Under the pieces are notes generated by a model, which was not told the origin of the DNA, did no database searches, and saw nothing but the letters and a program-made list of their open reading frames with translations. Shown in pieces: positions 1-7,420 of a stretch of 42,068 nt of DNA. Position 1 is the stretch's first letter. Each line of letters starts with the position of its first letter. A program made the position numbers and the translations under genes. This stretch comes from Candidatus Hydrothermia bacterium (GTDB lineage: Bacteria > Hydrothermota > Hydrothermia > LBFQ01 > DSFT01), in contig JAVVGK010000001.1 in assembly GCA_032249175.1 (NCBI GenBank), positions 1-42,068 on the forward strand, read 5' to 3'.

Positions 1-98
1 TCAACTCCTATTCCTTCAATAACCTCAAAAACTTCTTCTGGTATCTTATTTTCAATTAAATCCTCATAAGTATATATTTTTTCAGTAATCTGTTTCAT
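1..98 (-). CDS. Hypothetical protein, N-terminal 32 codons only (runs off the window); weak resemblance to Uma2/DUF820-type N-termini
   Basis: Hand translation of the minus strand from ATG (96-98) gives MKQITEKIYTYEDLIENKIPEEVFEVIEGIGV, open to the window edge. The CTTTAAAATTT promoter-like motif lies directly upstream (103-113). Confidence 0.45.
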   Translation of the reverse strand, partial: MKQITEKIYTYEDLIENKIPEEVFEVIEGIGV

Positions 99-123
99 CT
101 TTAAATTTTAAAGCATAAAAAGT

Positions 124-270
124 GCTTTGTCCAATAATTCTAAAATTACGATTATTTCTTATTTTCCCCACCCACCCTAAAAATAAGCCTTCCGCTTAAA
201 ACTTCGCCCCCCTTAAATTCCCCCCTAAAATAAATAATTTCCTAAAATTTTGATATTTATCAGACAAAGC
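124..270 (+). repeat. MITE-like repeat, copy 1 (internally deleted form)
   Basis: Starts GCTTTGTCCAATAATTC and ends TTATCAGACAAAGC (inverted repeat). Contains the CTTATTTT/AAAATAAG hairpin with a CCCCACCCACCCT loop and the AAGCC..GCTT hairpin. Homologous to 40771-40946. Confidence 0.8.
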
Positions 271-281
271 AAAAACTTCTT

Positions 282-445
282 GCCCTGTCCAATAATTCTG
301 AAATTAAGATTATTACTTTATCTTCTCACCTGCCCTGAGAATAAGCCTTCGCTTTATAAATACCCATATTTTACCGACCTTAAAATCAAGCCTAAATTTA
401 AACCCTACATAAAATCAATAATGCTAAATCATCCTTTAAAATTTT
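282..445 (+). repeat. MITE-like repeat, copy 2 (degenerate; right end not recognisable)
   Basis: GCCCTGTCCAATAATTCTGAAATT left end. The hairpin is retained with a changed stem (TTCTC..GAGAA), followed by AAGCCTTCGCTT. Lies in tandem with copy 1. Confidence 0.6.
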
Positions 446-448
446 GTA

Positions 449-817
449 ATGAATATCTCAAAAAAATTTTTTAACCTTTTATGGCAGGTAAGTGATGAGG
501 TTGAAGAGAGAGGCTACTTGCTAAATCCAGAGATATTCTTACAGCTTAGAGAGGAACTTGCTACTTTGCTACTGGAAAAAGTAAGGGAATTTTTTAGAGA
601 ATACTCAGGGAATGCTCATTTCATACTTTTTGTATCTGAGTCTATGGAATTCAGTAAAGATGGAATTTTAGAGTATGTTGATGGTGAGAATGAGGTTGAA
701 GTTACATTTAGATATTTCATAAGAGTTCTTCCTATTCAAAGGGGGGAAGAAATTTTAAGCATTTTTAAAAAACGATTTAATTTTATTATGCTTGGAGCTA
801 TAAGAATTTCAGATTGA
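449..817 (+). CDS. Hypothetical protein (122 aa, acidic), first gene of the lanthipeptide locus
   Basis: ORF track. ATG lies 3 nt after CTTTAAAATTTT (434-445). No family recognised. Confidence 0.6.
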   Translation: MNISKKFFNLLWQVSDEVEERGYLLNPEIFLQLREELATLLLEKVREFFREYSGNAHFILFVSESMEFSKDGILEYVDGENEVEVTFRYFIRVLPIQRGEEILSIFKKRFNFIMLGAIRISD

Positions 818-861
818 AACTTTTATACCCCTTTTTTCGTTAATTATATCCTATGGAATTA

Positions 862-938
862 TATGAGCCTTTTTTTCTTAAAAATTAAAAAAGGAGGTTG
901 AAGAAGATGGTAAATGTTCTATCACTACAAGCGATGAA
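862..938 (+). repeat. Direct repeat 1 of the precursor cassette (upstream region + RBS + leader codons 1-10)
   Basis: 77 nt identical to 1074-1150: TATGAGCCTTTTTTTCTTAAAAATTAAAAAAGGAGGTTGAAGAAGATGGTAAATGTTCTATCACTACAAGCGATGAA. Confidence 0.95.
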
Positions 939-1038
939 AGGGGAGAATATGAATAAGCCTGGTGGAGCAAGTACTATAAGTTGGAGCTTCTGTTCCACAC
1001 TGAGCTGGCATTGTGGGGGTGGAAATGAAAAAAGTTAG
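907..1038 (+). CDS. lanA: Class III lanthipeptide precursor A1 (43 aa): MVNVLSLQAMKGENMNKPGGASTISWSFCSTLSWHCGGGNEKS
   Basis: Hand-translated; too short for the ORF track. AAGGAGG lies 9 nt upstream of ATG. Leader has an LxLQ motif (VLSLQ). Core has S-T-I-S-W-S-F-C (S-x2-S-x3-C) and S-T-L-S-W-H-C (S-x2-S-x2-C). Sits immediately upstream of a LanKC gene. Confidence 0.8.
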   Translation: MVNVLSLQAMKGENMNKPGGASTISWSFCSTLSWHCGGGNEKS

Positions 1039-1045
1039 AGGAAAT

Positions 1046-1063
1046 AGGGGGTTTATCCCCCCT
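1046..1063 (+). terminator. Short GC hairpin (GGGGG-TTTAT-CCCCC) between the two precursor genes; possible attenuator or partial terminator
   Basis: G run 1047-1051 pairs with C run 1057-1062, 8 nt after the A1 stop codon. No T-tract follows. Confidence 0.3.
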
Positions 1064-1073
1064 GCTATAAAAT

Positions 1074-1150
1074 TATGAGCCTTTTTTTCTTAAAAATTAA
1101 AAAAGGAGGTTGAAGAAGATGGTAAATGTTCTATCACTACAAGCGATGAA
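1074..1150 (+). repeat. Direct repeat 2 of the precursor cassette
   Basis: Identical 77 nt to 862-938. Confidence 0.95.
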
Positions 1151-1292
1151 TGAGAATAATAGTAATGGTAATAGTGTCATAAGTGCCTCCTTTTGCTCAG
1201 CAATAAGTTTATTTGGTTGTAAAAAAGTAAAGAAAGACAATGATAGGAAATATTCTCTCAAATCCTCGCTTAGCTACGGCTGTAAATTATAA
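1119..1292 (+). CDS. lanA: Class III lanthipeptide precursor A2 (57 aa): MVNVLSLQAMNENNSNGNSVISASFCSAISLFGCKKVKKDNDRKYSLKSSLSYGCKL
   Basis: ORF track 1110..1292 (TTG). ATG 1119 is preferred because it matches A1 and sits 9 nt after AAGGAGG. Motifs: SVISASFC, SAISLFGC and SSLSYGC. The 3' end overlaps the lanKC start by 53 nt. Confidence 0.75.
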   Translation: MVNVLSLQAMNENNSNGNSVISASFCSAISLFGCKKVKKDNDRKYSLKSSLSYGCKL

Positions 1293-3723
1293 ATTTAAAT
1301 TATTAGCTAAAAAACTATTACCTTCTGATTGGAAAATGGAAGAAATGGATAATATTTGGATTGTTTGCTCTAATCCTAAAAATGATTTCCCAAAGCAAGG
1401 TTTTAAAATTCATATTAGTGCTACAATTTTAAATGCTAAGGAAATTCTAAAAACTTCAATTCCTATAATTGTTTCACACAATTCTAATTTCAAATTTTTA
1501 AAAGAATTAAAAAATTTACTATTCATGAATTCAAGAATGGCAAATAGAGGCAGTAGTGGAAAATTCATTACAATATATCCACCTAATGAAGAAGTTTTTA
1601 AAGCACTATTAGAAGAGCTTTATAAATCTTTAAAGCATTATGAAGGTCCTTATATTCTTTCCGATATGAGATATAAGGATTGTAAGGTTTTATATTATCG
1701 CTATGGTGGATTTTGGAAAATGGAAAGGATAAATGTAAAAGGTGAAAGGATTTATGTTATTGAAGCACCTGATGGAAGTTATTATGATGATATTAGACAT
1801 CCATTTTATACACTACCACCTTGGATAAAAGACCCATTTGGTAATGAAACAATAACGCCAAAAGAAGAGATTATTCTTAATGAAAGATATAAAGTAATTT
1901 CAGCAATTCAATTTTCAAATAATGGTGGAATTTATAATGCTTATGATTTATTAGAAAATAAAGAAGTAGTAATAAAGGAAGCAAGACCTTATGTAAGTAT
2001 GAGTTTAAATGGTATAGATGCTGTTTATTTATTAAAAAAGGAATATGAAATTTTAAAAATGTTAGAAAATGAAAATGTAGCACCAAAAGCTTATGAAATT
2101 TTTCAAGAATGGGAGCATTGGTTTTTAGTAGAAGAGAAATTAGAAGGGATAAATTTAAGAAATTTTGTAGCTATAAATGCCCCTATATTAAATCCATTAG
2201 CAAGCGAAAAGGATTTCCAGAATTATTTAGAGAAGTTTATTACTATTGCTGAAAACATAGCAAAACATCTTTCCATTCTTCATAAATATAATATTGTTTT
2301 TGGAGACTTTTCACCCAATAATATTATTATCAATCCTCAAACCCTTAATGTAAAATTTATAGACTTTGAGGGTGCTTATATAATAGGCAATAATAAATGG
2401 TATAATGTTTTTACACCTGGATTTTCTTCACCTCAATTGAGAAAAAATAAAAGACCTACTTTTGAAGATGACTATTATGCCTTTGGTGAAATTTTACAAG
2501 CCCTATTATTTACCAACAATACGCTATTTTTTATTGCTCCAACATTAAGAAAAAAATTCTTAAATAAACTTATAAAAGATTATCATTTTCCTAAAATTTT
2601 CAAAGAAGTTATTTTAAATTTAATAAAATATGAGCCAAAATCCCGCATAAAACCAATTGAAGCTGTAAATATATTAAAAACCAATAAAAGAATTGTCAAT
2701 TATAAAGAAAATGTTAAAATAATGGATTTAAGAACTTATATTGAAAAGACAAAAAAGGGAATTATAAAGATATTTCAAAAGAAAAAGGAAGGGAATTTAA
2801 ATTTCGCATTTGGGGATTTGGGAGTAATCTATGTTTTAAATCTTGTAGGCGAAAACTTTAAAGAATATTTAAAATCTCAAAGTTTAGAAAATTATCCACC
2901 TGGTTTATATGTAGGTTTAAGTGGAATAGCTTGGGCATTTTTAGATTTAAATTTAAATGATTTAGCAATAGAAGCATTAAATAAAGCAAAGAGAAGTCCA
3001 TTATTATATGAAAGTTTAGATATGTTTTATGGTATTTCTGGATATGGACTGACAAATTTAAAGTTTTATAAAAGGTTAAAAGACAAAACATTTTTAAATA
3101 ATGCTATTGAAGTTTATGAATTTATAAAAAATAGAGAATTGAAATTTCAGGAGATTGGATATGGTCATGGAGCAAGTGGAGTTGCATTATTTTTAATAAA
3201 ATTATATGAATTTTTAAGAAATGAAGATATAAAGAATTTAGCTATTTACTTATTAAAACAAGATTTAGAAAATGGAGTAAATACAAATGGATATTTAACA
3301 TTTCCACAAGAAGAGGATAGTTCCACAGTTTTGCCTTATGTAGAATATGGAAGTGCTGGTATAATAGGTGTTTTAGTAAGGTTTTATGAGATTTTAAAAG
3401 AAGAATGGATTTTAGAATATATAAAAAATATCTTACCTGATTTAGAGAGGACATTTACGATATTTCCATCACAAATAGATGGACTTGCAGGCTTGGGTGA
3501 AAGTTTATTAGATTTAGAATTGAAATTAAATTATAAAACAAAAATTTATAAAATTTTAGAAGGTTTAAGAATTTACGCTATTTTTAAAGATGGTTGTATA
3601 TTTTATCCAAGGAGTAATCTTGATAGTATTGGAATTCATTGGGCAGATGGCTCATCTGGTATATTAGACTTTCTACATCGCTTATATAATAAAAGAAACG
3701 AGAGAACACTATGGGATTTTTAA
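1240..3723 (+). CDS. lanKC: Class III lanthipeptide synthetase (LanKC: lyase - Ser/Thr kinase - zinc-ligand-less cyclase)
   Basis: N-terminal lyase motifs: GFKIHISA and GKFITIYP. Kinase motifs: VVIKEAR, FGDFSPNNIII and KFIDFEGA. C-terminal LanC-like Gly-rich repeats: GLSGIAWAF, GISGYGL, GYGHGASGVALF, YGSAGIIGVL, DGLAGLGESL and WADGSSGIL. No Cys/Cys/His zinc triad is present. Confidence 0.9.
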   Translation: MIGNILSNPRLATAVNYKFKLLAKKLLPSDWKMEEMDNIWIVCSNPKNDFPKQGFKIHISATILNAKEILKTSIPIIVSHNSNFKFLKELKNLLFMNSRMANRGSSGKFITIYPPNEEVFKALLEELYKSLKHYEGPYILSDMRYKDCKVLYYRYGGFWKMERINVKGERIYVIEAPDGSYYDDIRHPFYTLPPWIKDPFGNETITPKEEIILNERYKVISAIQFSNNGGIYNAYDLLENKEVVIKEARPYVSMSLNGIDAVYLLKKEYEILKMLENENVAPKAYEIFQEWEHWFLVEEKLEGINLRNFVAINAPILNPLASEKDFQNYLEKFITIAENIAKHLSILHKYNIVFGDFSPNNIIINPQTLNVKFIDFEGAYIIGNNKWYNVFTPGFSSPQLRKNKRPTFEDDYYAFGEILQALLFTNNTLFFIAPTLRKKFLNKLIKDYHFPKIFKEVILNLIKYEPKSRIKPIEAVNILKTNKRIVNYKENVKIMDLRTYIEKTKKGIIKIFQKKKEGNLNFAFGDLGVIYVLNLVGENFKEYLKSQSLENYPPGLYVGLSGIAWAFLDLNLNDLAIEALNKAKRSPLLYESLDMFYGISGYGLTNLKFYKRLKDKTFLNNAIEVYEFIKNRELKFQEIGYGHGASGVALFLIKLYEFLRNEDIKNLAIYLLKQDLENGVNTNGYLTFPQEEDSSTVLPYVEYGSAGIIGVLVRFYEILKEEWILEYIKNILPDLERTFTIFPSQIDGLAGLGESLLDLELKLNYKTKIYKILEGLRIYAIFKDGCIFYPRSNLDSIGIHWADGSSGILDFLHRLYNKRNERTLWDF

Positions 3724-5249
3724 AAGAAGTCATTTTTAAATTTAAATTCTTCATCCTTATAAAAATTCTTATTATATGCTTAATTTTTCCAATCCTTTCA
3801 TTCTTTGAGCCACTTTTGAATAAATACCTATTTGATTATGGTATTATGGCAGGTGATTTTAAGAAATTTGTAATTTTACTTTCTCTAATTACTATTTTTT
3901 CATTTATCTCTCTTTTGCTTGAATACATAATTCAAATTTACGATGGATTTTTAAAAAATAAAATTAGGGAATATGTAATAGAGGCATTTGTAGAAAAGTT
4001 TTATGAACTGCCATATTCAGAAGTAATAAAGAAAGATAAGGGATATTATATAAGTAGAATTTATGAAGAGCCAACATCTGCTATAATAAATAGCTTGGAT
4101 TTATTTATAAACACATTAAGCTATACTCTTAATACAACTGCCCGATTTATTGCTATGCTTATACTTTCACCTATCGCAGCCATTACCGCACTTCCACTTA
4201 TTATCATTTCATATTTTTTAAGCAAGAAATTTCAGCCTTCTATTCATGAGCTTACTCAAAAACAATTAGAATATGAAGCCTTATTAAGAAATAAAATAGG
4301 AAACTTCATATCATCTTATATTTTTGTAAATACAAACAAAACTCATAATGTAGTTAAAAATCAATTATCAGCAATTCTAAAAAACTTTTTAAGTACTATT
4401 TATAATCTCATAAAAAAGCAATCTAATTTTTCTTATGTTTCTCAAATTGCTTCTGTAATTGTTCAAATAGCATTTATTATAATAAACGCTTATCTTTTAT
4501 TTATAAAGAGAATTACATTTGGAGATTTTGTAGGATTTCTTAATGCCTTTTATCCATTTTATTGGAACATAAGAGTTTTATTTGAATCAATTCCACAAGT
4601 CTTTTCAAGCATTTCGCAACTTCAAAGAATAGAAGCATTTAAAAATCAAAAATTTGAGCCAAAACACATTATATTTTCAGATATTATAGAATTAAAAGAT
4701 ATAGAATTTTCTTATGATAATTATAAAGTTTTTCAGAATTTCTCATTAAGAATAAAAAGAGGTGAAAAGGTTTTAATTTTTGGAGCAAATGGAACGGGTA
4801 AAACGACATTACTTTATATTATATCAGGATTTTTAGAGCCTCAAAAAGGCACTATAAGAACGATAAAAGACATTTCCATTTCCACAATAAACCTTATAGA
4901 TATGCCTATCAAAGAGTATTTAAATATAATTGTTTTTCAAAGGGAAAAGCTTTTGAATATGTTAAATGAGCTAAATTTAGATTTAAATAAGAAACCATCC
5001 GAATTATCAACAGGACAATTGAAAAAACTTTCAGTAGCATTAGCCTTATCAAAACCTGCTGATGTTTATTTATTAGATGAGCCATTAGAAAGTGTAGATA
5101 TAGAGGACAAAAGAAAACTTATAGAAATGATATTAAATGAAACAAAACAAAAAACCCTTCTTTTAACAACCCATGACTTAATTATAAATGAATATATAAA
5201 ATTCTTTGACAAAATTATAGAACTGAAAAAGGAGGAGGTAAAGATATGA
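3711..5249 (+). CDS. ABC exporter, fused permease-ATPase half-transporter (no C39 peptidase domain)
   Basis: N-terminal TM helices. Walker A GANGTGKTT, signature LSTGQLKKL, Walker B VYLLDEP, H-loop TTHD. 13-nt overlap with lanKC. Confidence 0.85.
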   Translation: MGFLKEVIFKFKFFILIKILIICLIFPILSFFEPLLNKYLFDYGIMAGDFKKFVILLSLITIFSFISLLLEYIIQIYDGFLKNKIREYVIEAFVEKFYELPYSEVIKKDKGYYISRIYEEPTSAIINSLDLFINTLSYTLNTTARFIAMLILSPIAAITALPLIIISYFLSKKFQPSIHELTQKQLEYEALLRNKIGNFISSYIFVNTNKTHNVVKNQLSAILKNFLSTIYNLIKKQSNFSYVSQIASVIVQIAFIIINAYLLFIKRITFGDFVGFLNAFYPFYWNIRVLFESIPQVFSSISQLQRIEAFKNQKFEPKHIIFSDIIELKDIEFSYDNYKVFQNFSLRIKRGEKVLIFGANGTGKTTLLYIISGFLEPQKGTIRTIKDISISTINLIDMPIKEYLNIIVFQREKLLNMLNELNLDLNKKPSELSTGQLKKLSVALALSKPADVYLLDEPLESVDIEDKRKLIEMILNETKQKTLLLTTHDLIINEYIKFFDKIIELKKEEVKI

Positions 5250-7420
5250 TAAACTTTATTATTTCCCTTGTTATAAGTGGGAAGGTTTTAGATGAAACAA
5301 CATCTGAGCCTATGGGATATACTGCTATAATGCTATATAAAGATACAATTCTCATAACAGGAACATATACAGATGAAAAGGGAAATTTCATAATAAAGGA
5401 TATAAAGCCTGGTGAATACATTTTATATGCTCACTTTATAGGATATGAAAAGCAAAAGATAAATTTAACAATAAATAAAGATACAAGTATAACAATAACA
5501 TTAAAACCATCAGGAATAGAATTAAAAGAGCAAGAAGTAAAGGCAACTGCTCCAAGAGTAAGATATGAAGTAGATAGAAAAATTGTATCACCAAGTAATG
5601 ATATAATAGCAAGGAGTGGAAGTGCTGTTGATGTTTTAAGAAATGTACCAGGTGTATCAGTAAGTCCTGATGGGAATGTAAAAATAAAAAATAGTGATAG
5701 ATATATTGTTTTTGTAGATGGAAAACCTACTAATTTAAGTTTAAAAGATATACCAGCAAGTCAAATAGAATATATTGAAGTAATAACAAATCCGTCAGCA
5801 GAATTTGATGCAGAAGGAAATGCCATTATAAATGTCATATTAAAAAAACAAAAAGATTATGGATATAGTGTTAATGTAAATGTAAATATGGATAGTTATG
5901 GGACAATTAGTCCTAATATATTTTATGGTTTAAAAATGGGCAATTTATCTACCTATATAAAATTAAAAGGTGGAAAAACAATAAGTAAATCATATTATGA
6001 AGGGCAAAAGATATTTCAAAAAGATACTATATTTGAAGATGCTAATACTAAATTTTCCTCTCTTTCACTTATTCCTACTTTTGGCATTAGTTATAATAAT
6101 TTTAATTTTGAAACAGGTGGAAGAATTTCCAATAGAGAAGGAGAAAATCAATATAACCAAACAATTTCAGGTATAAATTATACTAGAAATTACAATTTTA
6201 ATGAGAATTTTCAATCCTTTTATTTAACATCTGATTACACATATAAGAACATTAAAATTTTAGGATATTATTCAAAAAATCACAAATTATATGATGAAAT
6301 AAAGGATTCATCATCTAATGGTGGTGTAAAAATTATTACTGAAAAACCAAGTGAGAAATTTTATGGTCAAATAGATATAAAGAAGGATAAATTTTCATTT
6401 GGATATAAGGGCAGTATAAGTAATTACTTTATTAGTTTTGACTTTAATACAATTTCAAATCCAAAATTTCCATATCTTCCAAGTTATTTTATATCCACAA
6501 AAAGAATTGTTAATGCTGGTTATTTGGAATTTTCCTCTAATTATAAGAATATTCAATATAAATTGGGTTTAAGAGTTGAAAATACACAAATAAGAGCAGA
6601 TACTATAAAAAGAGAATATACAAATATCTTTCCTTCCTTAAATTTCTCATATAACTTTTCAAATCATTCAATATATTTAGGATATAGAAATGGAATATGG
6701 AGACCTTCTGATTATCAATTATTGCCATTATATCACTATCAATCATTTGATGAGATGGAAAAAGGGAATCCAACACTTTTGCCTGAATATTCAAATAGTG
6801 CGTCAATTGGTTTAAATTTAAACTTTGAAAAAATCTCAATAACTCCTGAAATTTACTTTACAAGAACAATACAAATACTTGATGTTAATGAATATCCTTA
6901 TGATACATTTAATGTAAGTGTAAAGGAATATATAAATGTAAATGAAGGTAGAAATTTCGGCTTTTCATTAAATATAAATTATACTCCCATTCAGATATTA
7001 ACATTAAGTTTAAATTCAAGTGTTTATAATTATTCCTATGAAAACATTTCACTTACAACTTATGAAATCAATAGCTCAATTCAAGCTTTTCTCTTATTCT
7101 TTGCTCTTCAAGGGAATTTATATTATACTCCTCGTTATGATTATTATTGGGGAAGGATAGGAGAGCAAATTTATTCTCAATTAGCTCTTATGACCCAAAT
7201 AAAAAATTACACATTCTCCTTAGTGTTTAACGACCCATTCAAAATTTATAAATTCAATATTACCGTAAATAAAGATAATTACTATGCTTATAAATTTAAT
7301 AGAATTCCATATCCTTATATTGCTCTTCAAGTAAGTTATAATTTCAATAAAAAGTTTAAGAAAGTCAAAAAAGAAGAAAATTATGATGTAGAAAATACAG
7401 GTGAGAGGTTTTTAAGGTAA
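5246..7420 (+). CDS. Outer-membrane beta-barrel protein, TonB-dependent-receptor-like (CarboxypepD_reg-like domain + plug + barrel; resembles the OMP_b-brl_3 type)
   Basis: N-terminal GKVLDETTSEPMGYTAIML...TDEKGNFIIKDIKPGEYILYAHFIGYEK. Plug-like SAVDVLRNVPGVSVSPDGNVKIKN...FVDGKP. Y/F/N-rich alternating barrel sequence. Terminal ...QVSYNF followed by a K/E-rich tail. ATGA overlap with the ABC gene and an AAGGAGGAGGT RBS. Confidence 0.75.
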   Translation: MINFIISLVISGKVLDETTSEPMGYTAIMLYKDTILITGTYTDEKGNFIIKDIKPGEYILYAHFIGYEKQKINLTINKDTSITITLKPSGIELKEQEVKATAPRVRYEVDRKIVSPSNDIIARSGSAVDVLRNVPGVSVSPDGNVKIKNSDRYIVFVDGKPTNLSLKDIPASQIEYIEVITNPSAEFDAEGNAIINVILKKQKDYGYSVNVNVNMDSYGTISPNIFYGLKMGNLSTYIKLKGGKTISKSYYEGQKIFQKDTIFEDANTKFSSLSLIPTFGISYNNFNFETGGRISNREGENQYNQTISGINYTRNYNFNENFQSFYLTSDYTYKNIKILGYYSKNHKLYDEIKDSSSNGGVKIITEKPSEKFYGQIDIKKDKFSFGYKGSISNYFISFDFNTISNPKFPYLPSYFISTKRIVNAGYLEFSSNYKNIQYKLGLRVENTQIRADTIKREYTNIFPSLNFSYNFSNHSIYLGYRNGIWRPSDYQLLPLYHYQSFDEMEKGNPTLLPEYSNSASIGLNLNFEKISITPEIYFTRTIQILDVNEYPYDTFNVSVKEYINVNEGRNFGFSLNINYTPIQILTLSLNSSVYNYSYENISLTTYEINSSIQAFLLFFALQGNLYYTPRYDYYWGRIGEQIYSQLALMTQIKNYTFSLVFNDPFKIYKFNITVNKDNYYAYKFNRIPYPYIALQVSYNFNKKFKKVKKEENYDVENTGERFLR

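Noticed and set aside
99-116. AAATTTTAAAG-type motifs considered as intrinsic terminators
   Set aside because: They are AT-only palindromes with no stable stem. They sit upstream of starts, including a tRNA, rather than after stops.
250-474. 74-aa ORF in the track
   Set aside because: It lies entirely within MITE-like repeat copies 1-2 and the promoter motif. Its sequence is repeat-derived and it overlaps the better-supported ORF at 449.
1110-1118. TTG start for precursor A2 (ORF track), and the equivalent TTG at 898 for A1
   Set aside because: The TTG directly abuts the AAGGAGG, leaving no spacer. ATG 9 nt downstream has ideal spacing and is shared by both copies.
1216-1232. Programmed frameshift at the A6 run (TGTAAAAAAGTAA) that would end A2 after GCKK
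   Set aside because: The A-run is not in the X XXY YYZ phase for a -1 slip. The TAA is reachable only by a +1 shift, and no stimulatory element is evident. It is kept only as a remark under the A2-tail finding.
1877-3454. Minus-strand ORFs inside lanKC (1877..2086, 2858..3091, 3242..3454), and similar antisense ORFs at 5215, 6603, 7570, 10726, 15560, 24640, 26756, 29616, 32324, 34621 and 38967
   Set aside because: All are antisense shadows within well-supported genes, with low-complexity composition and no start signals.
1240-3723. Class IV (LanL) or class II assignment for the synthetase
   Set aside because: The lyase-kinase N-terminal half excludes class II. The lack of Cys/Cys/His zinc ligands in the LanC-like repeats excludes class IV.
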